Shown here piece by piece: positions 32,513 to 41,820 of a DNA stretch of 64,000 nt; position 1 is the stretch's first letter; each line of letters begins with the position of its first letter. The position numbers and the translations under genes are program-made. The stretch comes from Alphaproteobacteria bacterium (lineage in GTDB: Bacteria; Pseudomonadota; Alphaproteobacteria; MPNO01; UBA830): NCBI GenBank assembly GCA_965243135.1, contig OZ251539.1, positions 1,728,001-1,792,000 of the forward strand. The letters run 5' to 3'. A model generated the notes under the pieces. It was not told the origin of the DNA. It did no database searches and saw only the letters and a list, made by a program, of their open reading frames with translations.

Positions 32513-33364
32513 ATGACGAAAATGATTGGAGAAAATCCAATCCGTTTCGGAGGAGAATGGACGGAGAGAAAACTTGATATTCTACAGCGTTATCTGGATG
32601 CATATACGACCGTTATGACAAATCAGCGCTTCCGCCTGATGTACATCGATGCGTTTGCCGGCGAGGGCCAGATTGGTATACGTGAAGATGACGATGGCGT
32701 CCGTTTCCTGCGCGGTTCGTCCGAAAGAGCGCTGAGTATCGGAAATAGACCGTTTGACCGGCTCGTCTTTGTCGAGAAGGATCGGGGAAGATGCGAAGAA
32801 CTCGAACTTCTCCGCGAACAACATCTTGAAAGGGACGTGAGGATAGAAAATGCGGATGCAAACGATTTTTTACGCAATCTTCAAGAAGACTGGAGGAACT
32901 GGCGCGGGGTTCTTTTCCTCGATCCGTTCGCCGCTCAAGTCAAATGGTCCACGATAAAGACTATAGCGGCCTTCAACGCGCTCGATACGTGGCTTCTTTT
33001 TCCGGTGTCCGCGATCGCGAGAATTCTTCCGAGGACACGCAGGCCGGAGGACGTTTCAAGGGAATGGGAGGCACGTCTGAATCTCGTTTATGGAGACGAG
33101 AGTTGGAAAGACCTTTACAGAGTGCGGAGGCAGGGGAATCTCTTCGGAGAACGTGAATACGAAAGAAATCCTGGCGTTGACGGGTTGATGGAAATTTACA
33201 AGAAAAATCTGCGTAATTTGTTTGGGGAAAGATTTTCAAATAGATCGGCAACATTCACGAGTTCCAGAAATTCCCCGCTGTTCGAATTTCTTTTTTGCGT
33301 CGGACATCCGAGCGGAGTTAAAATTGCAACCAAGATAGCGAAGCATATCCTTGATCACGAATGA
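32513..33364 (+). CDS. tcmP: Three-Cys-motif partner protein TcmP (SAM-dependent methyltransferase fold)
   Basis: FGGEWTERKL..L..YL.AY, YIDAFAGEG, GS..RAL, FVEKD, DAN, FLDPF, DTWLLFP. Noticeably more AT-rich than its flanks. Confidence 0.85.
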   Translation: MTKMIGENPIRFGGEWTERKLDILQRYLDAYTTVMTNQRFRLMYIDAFAGEGQIGIREDDDGVRFLRGSSERALSIGNRPFDRLVFVEKDRGRCEELELLREQHLERDVRIENADANDFLRNLQEDWRNWRGVLFLDPFAAQVKWSTIKTIAAFNALDTWLLFPVSAIARILPRTRRPEDVSREWEARLNLVYGDESWKDLYRVRRQGNLFGEREYERNPGVDGLMEIYKKNLRNLFGERFSNRSATFTSSRNSPLFEFLFCVGHPSGVKIATKIAKHILDHE

Positions 33365-34101
33365 GCAATCCGCAAGCGTTTCGGATCGGGGAATTCGTCC
33401 CAGGTTCTGCCGTCCAGCTTTCTCCCGCCCGACTTGGCGCGCGCGCCGCCCCACTGCTTGAAGAAGAACGCGGTTTCGCGGCCGCTGCATTGGTCGCGCA
33501 GCTCTCGCGCCCATTCGGGTTCCATCGGCCGCGCTCCCGGACCGCTTTCGCCTCCGACGATCGCCCAGGCGATGCCGTCGAGGTCGATGGGACAGACAGG
33601 GCCGAGCAGGGGCTCGAACGAAACGAACCGGACTGCCGCCGGCGTTCGTTTCAAATGCTCCAGCCGTCCGGCGCGCTCGCGGTTCTCGATCGATACTCCG
33701 AGCCATATATGGCCCGGCGCTCCGGCTTCGCCGTAGCGCCGACGGATATAGCCGCGCATGCGGGACGAACGCTTGGTCAATACCTGATAGACATGTCGCG
33801 ATGTCCGCTCCATGGCTTCGAACACCTGGTCCACGAACGCCTCCGGCACCCGCTTGTGGAAAAGGTCGCTCATCGAGTTGACGAATATCCGCTTCGGCTT
33901 GCGCCAGCGTTCCGGCGCGGCGAGCCGCGCCGGCCATAGCCTCAGATCGAAACCCTGCTGATACGGATGGCCTGCGACGCCGCGCCAGCGCTCGGCGAAT
34001 CGGGCCGCGTAGCAATTGTCGCAGCCGGGGCCGATCTTCGTGCACCCCGTCACGGGATTCCACGTCGCGTCGGTCCATTCGATTTGCGTCGCTTGCGCCA
34101 T
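33355..34101 (-). CDS. DUF5131 (phage Gp37/Gp68) family protein
   Basis: IEWTDATWNPVTGCTKIGPGCDNCYA (Cx6Cx2C), FVNSMSDLFH, QVLTKR, WLGVSIE, SFEPLLG, IVGGESG, FFFKQWGG. Start at ATG 34101. Confidence 0.92.
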   Translation of the reverse strand: MAQATQIEWTDATWNPVTGCTKIGPGCDNCYAARFAERWRGVAGHPYQQGFDLRLWPARLAAPERWRKPKRIFVNSMSDLFHKRVPEAFVDQVFEAMERTSRHVYQVLTKRSSRMRGYIRRRYGEAGAPGHIWLGVSIENRERAGRLEHLKRTPAAVRFVSFEPLLGPVCPIDLDGIAWAIVGGESGPGARPMEPEWARELRDQCSGRETAFFFKQWGGARAKSGGRKLDGRTWDEFPDPKRLRIAHS

Positions 34102-34224
34102 TTCGACGTTCGTTCTAGGCTTGTTCTCTTTCGGCGTCAACGGTATTTTATCGCCGCCTCGCCCTGACTCAACGTGCGAGCGCGTCCATACTTCCTCGAA
34201 CTTCGTCAGTCCCTGTCGCATCCA

Positions 34225-34289
34225 CCTTCTTGGTTTGGAAGCGTTCTAAACAGGGTACATGGACCGGACATATCATCTGTTACTGACAG
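34225..34289 (-). repeat. Right long inverted repeat / IS end
   Basis: Reverse complement of 30353-30423 without the 6-bp insertion. Confidence 0.95.
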
Positions 34290-34365
34290 CGGCTCCGCCG
34301 GCGTCTGGCGGCGGTCACGACGGGCTGTTAGGCTTCAGGCGCCGCCATAACGAAAGGGCGCTTCA

Positions 34366-36006
34366 ATGAACGGAGCCGACGTCGTCGCCGATATCCTCAA
34401 GATCGAAGGTACGGAATTCCTTTCGTGCTATCCCCGAAACCCGGCGATCGAAGCGTGCGCGAAACGAGACATCCGGCCGATCCTGTGCCGACAGGAACGG
34501 GTCGGAGTCGGCATCGCCGACGGTTACACGCGGATCCGGCGCGGCAGGGTCAACGGCGTGTTCGCCGTCCAGCACGGTCCGGGAATCGAGAACGCGTTCG
34601 CCGGGGTCGCCCAAGCCTATTCGGAGAACGTTCCCGTTCTCGTTCTGCCGGCCGGATCGGCGCTCGACCGCCAGTACCGGCATCCCACCTTCAGCGCCGT
34701 CGAGGCTTTCGCTTCCGTGACCAAGTGGCGCGCTCGCGCCCACGACGTCCGGGAATTGCCGGACCTGCTTCGCCAGGCCTATCAGGCGATGCGAACCGGC
34801 AAGCCGGGTCCGGCGCTGCTCGAAATCCCCGCCGAAGTCTGGGACCAGGACTACGAGGGCGAACTGGACTACGAGCCGGTGCGGTTTCTGCCGCAGGCGC
34901 CGGATCCCGCCGCCGTGGCCCGCGCGGCCGAACTCCTCGAGGAAGCGGAAAACCCGGTTATCTGGGCCGGACAGGGCGTTCTGTACGCCGACGCGGCCGC
35001 CGAACTCCTGGCGCTCGCCGAAGCGCTTCCCGCGCCGGTCATGACCACGAACCCGGGCAAGAGCGCGTTTCCGGAAGACCATCCCCTCGCCCTCGGCGCC
35101 AGCACCCGCTCGAGGCCCCGCATGCTGACCGGAATGATGCGGAAATGCGACCTTCTCTTCGCGGTCGGATCCAGCCTGACGAAAACGCCGTTCGGCCCCA
35201 TGGTCCCGCCCGGCAAGCGGATCGTCCATTCGACGAACGACGCGAGCGACATCAACAAGGACTACCGCGCCGAACACGCCGTGCTGGGCGACGCGAAGCA
35301 AGTTCTCGCAGGCATCGGCAAAGCGGTCGGCTCGTCGAGGAACGAGAACGCGATGCGCCGGCTGACCGGAGAAATCGCCGATCTGAAAAGCGCCTGGCTC
35401 GCCGACTGGAGCGATCAACTGAATTCGGACGAGGTTCCTCTCAACCAGTACCGCATCATTTCCGACATGATGAACGAGGTGGATCGCGACCGGGTCGTCG
35501 TCACGCACGATTCGGGCAGTCCGCGAGAGCAGATGATCCCGTTCTGGCGGGCGACGCGGCCGCTCTCCTATCTCGGATGGGGCAAGTCGACCCAGCTCGG
35601 CTACGGGCTGGGCCTGAACATGGGAGCGAAGCTCGCGGCGCCGGACAAGCTCTGCATCAACGTCATGGGAGACGCCGCCGTCGGCATGACGGGCATGGAT
35701 CTCGAGACGGCGGCGCGCAACGGCATCGGCATTCTCACCGTGGTGTTCAACAACGGCGTCATGGCGGCGGAGCGCGACGTGCTCCGGGTTTCGACGGAAA
35801 AATACGGCGCCCTCGCCGTCGGCGGAAACTACGCCACGGTCGCGAAAGGACTCGGCGTATCCTCGATTCGGGTGGAAGCGCCGGACGCGTTCGTCCCGGC
35901 GTTGCGCCGGGCGACGGAGGTCACGGCTTCGGGCAGGCCTTTCCTGATCGAGTGCGTCGTCAAGGAAGGATACGACTTCTCCCGCGAGCAGCTCGCCGGA
36001 TTGTAA
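34366..36006 (+). CDS. Thiamine-diphosphate-dependent enzyme (acetolactate synthase-like family, substrate unknown)
   Basis: RQERVG..IADG, GPG.EN, IWAGQG, ThDP motif GDAAVGM...VFNN. Confidence 0.88.
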   Translation: MNGADVVADILKIEGTEFLSCYPRNPAIEACAKRDIRPILCRQERVGVGIADGYTRIRRGRVNGVFAVQHGPGIENAFAGVAQAYSENVPVLVLPAGSALDRQYRHPTFSAVEAFASVTKWRARAHDVRELPDLLRQAYQAMRTGKPGPALLEIPAEVWDQDYEGELDYEPVRFLPQAPDPAAVARAAELLEEAENPVIWAGQGVLYADAAAELLALAEALPAPVMTTNPGKSAFPEDHPLALGASTRSRPRMLTGMMRKCDLLFAVGSSLTKTPFGPMVPPGKRIVHSTNDASDINKDYRAEHAVLGDAKQVLAGIGKAVGSSRNENAMRRLTGEIADLKSAWLADWSDQLNSDEVPLNQYRIISDMMNEVDRDRVVVTHDSGSPREQMIPFWRATRPLSYLGWGKSTQLGYGLGLNMGAKLAAPDKLCINVMGDAAVGMTGMDLETAARNGIGILTVVFNNGVMAAERDVLRVSTEKYGALAVGGNYATVAKGLGVSSIRVEAPDAFVPALRRATEVTASGRPFLIECVVKEGYDFSREQLAGL

Positions 36007-36032
36007 ACCGTTCGCCGCGTTTCCGGCTTCGG

Positions 36033-37427
36033 TCAGGACATCGTGCGCGGCAGCCACAGGACGATGTCGGGCACGGCCACCAGCACGGCGACCGTCAGCA
36101 CGTCCGCGACGAAGAACGGGCCGATGCCGCGGAACACGTCCTGCAGCGGAATCGCGAGGGACTTGCCCTCTTCGTCGCGCAGTTCGCGCGAAACTCCGGC
36201 GACGACGAAGCAGTTCAGGCCGATGGGCGGCGTCACGAGGCAGATTTCCGCCATCTTGACCACGATGATGCCGAACCAGATCGGGTCGTAGCCGAGCGCG
36301 ATGACGGCCGGATAGACCACCGGCAGGGTCAGCACGAGCATACCTATGGCGTCCATGAACATGCCGAGCACGGCATAGGCCAGCAGGATGCAGATCATGA
36401 TCAGGATCGGCGGCAGATCGAGCGAAACGATCCAGTCGGCGAACGCGCCGGGAAGGCCGGCGAAGCCGAGGAACCGGACGAACAGGAACACGCCCCATAT
36501 CAGGCTGAAAATCATCGCCGTGAGCTTGGCGGTTTCCATCAGGGCTTCCCGCAGCCTGCCCTTCATTTGCTTGAGCGATTTCTCCCTCCAGGCCCGCAGA
36601 ACGTAGAATCCGAACACGACCATCGCGCCCAGCGCCCCCGCTTCCGTCGGCGTCGCCGCGCCGGTGTAGAGCGCCCCGAAGATGATGCCGATCACCAGGA
36701 ATATGGGGAGCGTGCCGGGCAGGCTCGCGAAGCGCTGCCGCCAGGTGAAGCCGCCGATGGGCCGTCCGAGGTCGCGCCGGGCCGTGCACATGGCGACGAT
36801 CAGGGCCGCGTAGATGAGCGCCGACACCAGCCCCGGCAAGAATCCGGCGAGAAGAAGCTTTCCGACCGACTGCTCGACGATGATCGCGTAGACCACGAGG
36901 ATCGCCGACGGCGGGATCAGCGACGCCAGCGTTCCGCCCGCCGCGATGACGCCCGCGGTCAGCCTCCGGTCGTAGCGGTTGCGGAGCATGTCGGGTATGG
37001 CGACGCGGGAAAAGACGGCGGCCGTCGCCGTGGAAGCGCCGGACACGGCCGCGAATCCGGCGGTCGCGAAAACGGTCGCGACCGCCAGCCCGCCCGGCAC
37101 CCATCCCACCCAGCGCCGGGCCGCCTCGAACAGCCGCGACGTGAGCCCGGCGTAGAACGAGAGAAAACCGATAAGAATGAAAAGCGGCAGCACCGACAGC
37201 GGATAGGTAACGATCTTCGAATGGGGAATGGTGCCCGCCACCGAAGCGGCCACGTTCCAGCCCTTCAGGACGAGCAGTCCGAGAAAGCCGGTCAGCGCGG
37301 CGGCGACGAACACCCTGACGCCGAGCGCGACCAGGACGACGAGCAGGCAGACGCCGGCGACGCCGAGCGAAAAGTCGTCAAGAACCAGAGGGAGCCCCTC
37401 CCCTTGCCGGCCTGTTCCCTCCCGCAT
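36033..37427 (-). CDS. TRAP transporter large permease (DctM)
   Basis: LPLFILIG, AVSGAS.A, GGTLASLIPPS, TPTEAG, TPPIGLN. True start may be about 35 bp downstream of 37427. Confidence 0.92.
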   Translation of the reverse strand: MREGTGRQGEGLPLVLDDFSLGVAGVCLLVVLVALGVRVFVAAALTGFLGLLVLKGWNVAASVAGTIPHSKIVTYPLSVLPLFILIGFLSFYAGLTSRLFEAARRWVGWVPGGLAVATVFATAGFAAVSGASTATAAVFSRVAIPDMLRNRYDRRLTAGVIAAGGTLASLIPPSAILVVYAIIVEQSVGKLLLAGFLPGLVSALIYAALIVAMCTARRDLGRPIGGFTWRQRFASLPGTLPIFLVIGIIFGALYTGAATPTEAGALGAMVVFGFYVLRAWREKSLKQMKGRLREALMETAKLTAMIFSLIWGVFLFVRFLGFAGLPGAFADWIVSLDLPPILIMICILLAYAVLGMFMDAIGMLVLTLPVVYPAVIALGYDPIWFGIIVVKMAEICLVTPPIGLNCFVVAGVSRELRDEEGKSLAIPLQDVFRGIGPFFVADVLTVAVLVAVPDIVLWLPRTMS

Positions 37428-38004
37428 GCCGGATTTCCTCGGCGGCGAGCGCCTCCGCGTCCTTCAGCGTCGGAACCGCGACCGCCCGGCGGGAAGGGTC
37501 CGCCGTCAGCCGCAGGTAGTCGGCCAGCTGCAGCGCCAGGCGAAGCAATAAAACGCTCAGCGCGGCGGGCACGAGGAGCTTGGCGGGCCAGGTCGCGATC
37601 TCGATGTCGATCGTGCTGTCGCCGAATTCGAGAGCGCGTTCGAAATGGCGGTAGGAATAGGGAATCAGCACGGCGACGATGAAAATAGCGACCGCCGCGC
37701 CCGCCGCCTCGACGATCCACAGGAGGCGGCCCTTCAAGCGCGAAACCAGAAGTTCCATCCGCACGTGGCCGCCGACGCGCTGCACGAACGCTATCGACAG
37801 GATGGCGAACCCCACCATGGAAACCTCGACGATGTCGATGTAGCCGAATATGGGCGTCCGGAAGGCCGTGCGCAGGACGATCTGGACCATGCCCAGAAAC
37901 ATCAGCGCGAAGATCAGGAGGCCGGCGCCCAGATTCAGCCAGTTCTCGACGGCCGCCAGCAGGCGGTCGGCCCGGCCGAGCCATCGCCCGAAAGGATCGG
38001 TCAC
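37378..38004 (-). CDS. TRAP transporter small permease (DctQ)
   Basis: 4 TM helices, GGHVRMEL motif; lies between DctP and DctM. Confidence 0.88.
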   Translation of the reverse strand: MTDPFGRWLGRADRLLAAVENWLNLGAGLLIFALMFLGMVQIVLRTAFRTPIFGYIDIVEVSMVGFAILSIAFVQRVGGHVRMELLVSRLKGRLLWIVEAAGAAVAIFIVAVLIPYSYRHFERALEFGDSTIDIEIATWPAKLLVPAALSVLLLRLALQLADYLRLTADPSRRAVAVPTLKDAEALAAEEIRHAGGNRPARGGAPSGS

Positions 38005-38032
38005 GACGGTTCGACCGGCGAGCCGCTCTTGC

Positions 38033-39067
38033 CTATTCGTAGGTTCGGCCTGCGGCCTTGAACATGGTCTGCACCAGGCCCCGGGCGTCGAACTTGTCCT
38101 TGTTGGCTTCGATCCACGCCTCGATCACCGGCTTGCCGGCCGCGTTCCGGAAAGCGGCGAGTTGTTCTTCCGTATACCGGACCTCCTTGAGCTTGGACTT
38201 CAGCATCGGCAGGTTCTTCTTGTCGATGTCGATATAGGCCTGGATCTGGGCCGCGATGACGTCTTCCTTTACGTCCTCGAGAAGCTTCCGGTACTGCGGC
38301 GGCAATTTCTCGTAGGCCTTGATGGAAAACACCACCGGACAGTCCGACGTGCCCGGCGCCAGGTTGGCCGTGTACCACTCGGTGACCTCGTGGATCTTGT
38401 AGGCGACGTGACTGTAGGTGAACGGAAAGGACGCCGCGTCCATCGTGCCCTGCTGCACGCCGGTGTAGACCTCGGTCGCGGTAGAGCTTGTCGGGGTCGC
38501 GCCGAGCGTCTTCATCGCCTGACCGACGCCGCCGCCGGCGCGCACGGTGAGGCCTTTCCAGTCATCGAGACTGACGGGCGGCTTTCCCTTCCCGAGAAAC
38601 TCGTATTGCGGCAGGTAGGACGACGTGTAGGTCATCGCGTTCCAGCGCGCCAACTCCTTCATGACCGCCGGATGGGCGTAAACCGCGTCGCGAATCTTGC
38701 GGTTGGCCGCCCAGTCGCTCATCGGCAGGAACGGCATGGTGAGAACCATCAGCGCCGGGTTCTTCTTCGGATGATAGAAGTTGCAGAACATCGCCGCTTG
38801 GAAAGCGTCGACGGAGATCCCGTCGAGATTTTCGCGGGATTTGGACAGCGCGCCGCCGTAATGCAGAACGATCCGCCAGTTGCCGCCCGTTTTCTCCCCG
38901 ACCATCGCGGAGAGCCGTTCCACGCCCGCGGTGAACGCTCGCTTCTTTCCCCAAAGGGACACGTCCCATTTGAGTTCGGGACCCTGCACATCCGCCGCTT
39001 GGGCCGCCGGGATCGCCAGAGCGCCGATCACGCAAGCCAGAACGCCAGCCTTCGTTATTCTGTTCAT
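38033..39067 (-). CDS. TRAP transporter substrate-binding protein (DctP)
   Basis: Signal peptide; DWKGLTVR, LGATP, EVYTGVQQGTMD. Confidence 0.88.
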   Translation of the reverse strand: MNRITKAGVLACVIGALAIPAAQAADVQGPELKWDVSLWGKKRAFTAGVERLSAMVGEKTGGNWRIVLHYGGALSKSRENLDGISVDAFQAAMFCNFYHPKKNPALMVLTMPFLPMSDWAANRKIRDAVYAHPAVMKELARWNAMTYTSSYLPQYEFLGKGKPPVSLDDWKGLTVRAGGGVGQAMKTLGATPTSSTATEVYTGVQQGTMDAASFPFTYSHVAYKIHEVTEWYTANLAPGTSDCPVVFSIKAYEKLPPQYRKLLEDVKEDVIAAQIQAYIDIDKKNLPMLKSKLKEVRYTEEQLAAFRNAAGKPVIEAWIEANKDKFDARGLVQTMFKAAGRTYE

Positions 39068-39181
39068 CCGATCTCTCCCTTGTCGCCGCTTTCCTCGCGG
39101 CCATACCGGATATTATCGCAGAGCGGTCCGGCAAGAAACTCCCGTCCCGGACGGCGCCGAAACGACAGGAGACGACGCAGC

Positions 39182-40345
39182 ATGGAGTTCGCGCTTACGA
39201 CCGATCAGACCGCCGTCGTGGACGGGATCGGAAAGGTTATCGAAGGTTTCGACGACGCCTACTGGTTGCAAAGGGATCGGGACGGCGAATTTCCGGACGC
39301 ATTCTACCGGGCGATCGCCGCGGGCGGCTGGCTCGGCATCGCCCTGCCGGAGGAGTACGGCGGATCGGGGCTCGGCGTTGCGGAGGCGGCCCTCATGATG
39401 GAAGCCATCGCCGGGTCGGGCGGCGCGATGGCGGCCGCATCGAGCGTTCACATGAACGTGTTCGGGCCGCGCGCCATCGTCGCGCATGCCGATCGCAGGC
39501 AAAAATCCAGCTGGCTGCCCGCCCTCGTCGCAGGCGAATCCAAAATGTCGTTCGCGGTGACGGAGCCGGACGCCGGTCTCGATACGACGCGCATCGCCAC
39601 GCGGGCCGTGCGCGACGGCGACCATTACCTGGTGCATGGACGCAAGCTCTGGACGTCAACGGCGCAGGTCGCGGACAAGATCATGCTGCTCGCGCGAACG
39701 TCCCCGCGGCGCGACGAAGAGCCTTCCCGCGGGCTGAGCCTTTTTTTCACCGACCTGGACCGCCGGACGGCCGAGGTCCGGGAAATCGACAAGATGGGGC
39801 GAAAGGCGGTGGATTCCAACGAAATCCGCTTCGACGGCATGCGCGTTCCGGCGGAAGACCGGATCGGCGAGGAGGGAATGGGGTTTCGTTACCTTCTCCA
39901 CAGCCTGAACCCGGAGCGCATTCTCGTCGCGGCCGAGGCGGTCGGCATCGGCCGGGACGCGCTGAGACGAGCGGCGCGCTACGCCGGAGAGCGCGTCGTC
40001 TTCGAACGCCGCATCGGGCAGAACCAGTCCATCCAGCATCCGCTGGCGGCGAATTGGGCCGCGCTCGAAAGCGCTTTCCTCAGCGTCATGAAGGCCGCCT
40101 GGCTGTACGACCGCGGACAACCTTGCGGAATCGAGGCCAACGCGGCGAAGTACCTCGCCGCCGAGGCGGGGTTCGACGCCTGCCGGCAGGCCGTCTTGAC
40201 GCATGGCGGGATGGGATACGCGCGGGAATTCCACGTGGAGCGGCTGATGCGGGAAGTCATGATCCCCTGCCTCGCTCCGGTGAGCCAGCAAATGGCGCTG
40301 AATTTCATAGCCGAGCGCGCTCTCGATCTTCCCAAATCCTATTGA
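39182..40345 (+). CDS. Acyl-CoA dehydrogenase family protein
   Basis: MEFALT..Q, LPEEYGGSG, FAVTEPDAG, G.KLWTS, LNPERI, THGGMGY..EFHVER. Start at ATG 39182. Confidence 0.92.
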   Translation: MEFALTTDQTAVVDGIGKVIEGFDDAYWLQRDRDGEFPDAFYRAIAAGGWLGIALPEEYGGSGLGVAEAALMMEAIAGSGGAMAAASSVHMNVFGPRAIVAHADRRQKSSWLPALVAGESKMSFAVTEPDAGLDTTRIATRAVRDGDHYLVHGRKLWTSTAQVADKIMLLARTSPRRDEEPSRGLSLFFTDLDRRTAEVREIDKMGRKAVDSNEIRFDGMRVPAEDRIGEEGMGFRYLLHSLNPERILVAAEAVGIGRDALRRAARYAGERVVFERRIGQNQSIQHPLAANWAALESAFLSVMKAAWLYDRGQPCGIEANAAKYLAAEAGFDACRQAVLTHGGMGYAREFHVERLMREVMIPCLAPVSQQMALNFIAERALDLPKSY

Positions 40346-40472
40346 AGAAAAGGGTGGACGTCGGCGCGCGCGGCCCGGGCCCTGGAAACTCGGCGCGCGG
40401 CCTGCGGACGGACCGGCCGCGCGGCGGATTGTGTTACACTTCAACGCTTCCCGAGACGACGCGAGGACAGGG

Positions 40473-41684
40473 ATGAGCGCGATTGCCAAGGCGAAGGACG
40501 ACGCCGGTCCCGAGGAATTCGTCGCTCGCGCGGCCGCTCTCCGCCCGATGATCGCCGAACGGGCGGCGGAAACGGAGGCCGGCCGGCAGGTTCCGATGGA
40601 TATCGTCGACGAGGTCCGCGCCGGCGATTTTTTCCGCCTCCTGCAGCCCCGGCAGTTCGGGGGACTGGAATACGACATCGCCACTGCGATGCGTTGCGTC
40701 ATCGAATGGGCTGCGGCCGACTGCTCCACCGGCTGGGTGTGTTCGCTCGGGGTCGTCCATCAATGGTTGATCGCCCAGTTTCCCCTGCCCTGCCAGGAAG
40801 AAGTCTGGGGAAGCGCCCCGGGAACGATCGCTTGCGGTTCCTACGCTCCTGCGGGCGATTGCGTCTCGACCGAAGGCGGCTATCGGGTAACCGGCCGCTA
40901 TCATTTCGCGAGCGGCGTCGACGTGACGGACTGGGCGATTATCGGCGTCTTCTTTCCGTCCGAGGAGGACGGGGAAGAACCGGTTCCGGGTTTCGCCATG
41001 GTTCCGAAGACGGACTTCCGGGTCGAGGACGACTGGCACGTGATGGGTCTGGCGGGAACGGGGTCGAAGACCGTGGTTTGCGAGAACGTCTACGTCCCCG
41101 CGCATCGCCGCGTCACTTTCGCCGATCTCGCGTCCGGAAATTCGCCGGGATACCGCGCTCTGCGGAGCGATCTGTATCGCTACCCGGTCCTGTCGCTTGT
41201 CGCGTACGGCATCGCGACGCCGGCGCTCGGGTGCCTGAAGGGCGCGCTCGAAGACTGTCTGAACGTCATGGACGGCCGCGTAACGCGGGGGGCCGTCGTG
41301 CTCGGCGGCCAAAGGGTTCGGGACTTTCAGGCCGTGCAGATGCGGGTCGGCCGGGCCGCCGCCAGTCTCAAGGCCGCTCGCGCGATGCTGTTCGAGCAAC
41401 TCGAACTGTCGCGCGCGAAGATCATCGACCGGAAAGAACCGTTGACCGTCGCGGACCGGATGGAAAACCGGATCGCGCAGGCGAAAATGGTCGAGATGTC
41501 GGTCGAGGGATTGGAACAACTGTTCGGAGCGGTCGGCGGCCAGGGGATTCGCGCGTCCCACCGCGTTCAGCGGGCGTGGCGCGATGCGCATGCGATCGCG
41601 CACCACATCAGCTTCAACTGGGATGCGCTCAGCGCGATGTACGGGCAACATCTGATGGGACTCGAGCCGCAGGGACAATATTGA
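40473..41684 (+). CDS. Group D flavin-dependent monooxygenase, oxygenase subunit (HsaA/C2-like)
   Basis: LQPRQFGGLE, STGWV, FASGVD..DW, DDWHVMGLAGTGS, QRAWRDAHA..HH. Confidence 0.85.
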   Translation: MSAIAKAKDDAGPEEFVARAAALRPMIAERAAETEAGRQVPMDIVDEVRAGDFFRLLQPRQFGGLEYDIATAMRCVIEWAAADCSTGWVCSLGVVHQWLIAQFPLPCQEEVWGSAPGTIACGSYAPAGDCVSTEGGYRVTGRYHFASGVDVTDWAIIGVFFPSEEDGEEPVPGFAMVPKTDFRVEDDWHVMGLAGTGSKTVVCENVYVPAHRRVTFADLASGNSPGYRALRSDLYRYPVLSLVAYGIATPALGCLKGALEDCLNVMDGRVTRGAVVLGGQRVRDFQAVQMRVGRAAASLKAARAMLFEQLELSRAKIIDRKEPLTVADRMENRIAQAKMVEMSVEGLEQLFGAVGGQGIRASHRVQRAWRDAHAIAHHISFNWDALSAMYGQHLMGLEPQGQY

Positions 41685-41820
41685 ACTCCGCTGCCCCGCC
41701 CCGGCGGCGAAGATCCCGGAAAAATGTCCGTGAGCCGCGATTCCGGAACGTCGTCCGGACTTTCGGAACGCGGGACCATGATCGTTTCCGGCGGGGCGGG
41801 CGCGGCAGAAGGAGAAACTA

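Larger units (their letters stand above)
30353..34289. mobile_element. Composite-transposon-like island bounded by two inverted copies of one IS left end (ISNCY/IS1202-like); no intact transposase
   Basis: 30353-30423 is the reverse complement of 34225-34289 (65 identical bp apart from a 6-bp insertion CCGAAT on the left). Ends read TGTCAG...CTGACA, and both continue into remnants of a transposase start. Confidence 0.75.

Noticed and set aside
34102-34221. N-terminal extension of the DUF5131 ORF (MRQGLTKFEEV...)
   Set aside because: It derives from the decayed transposase start of the right IS end. The family N-terminus begins at MAQATQIEWTD (34101).
30340-34300. Target-site duplication for the outer island
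   Set aside because: The flanks GCGGTCTTCC (left) and GCGGCTCC (right) are only loosely similar. There is no exact direct repeat, so movement as a single unit is not proven.
34425-37682. 1085-aa plus-strand and 913-aa minus-strand ORFs
   Set aside because: Arg/Pro/Gly-rich off-frame or antisense shadows of the ThDP and TRAP genes.
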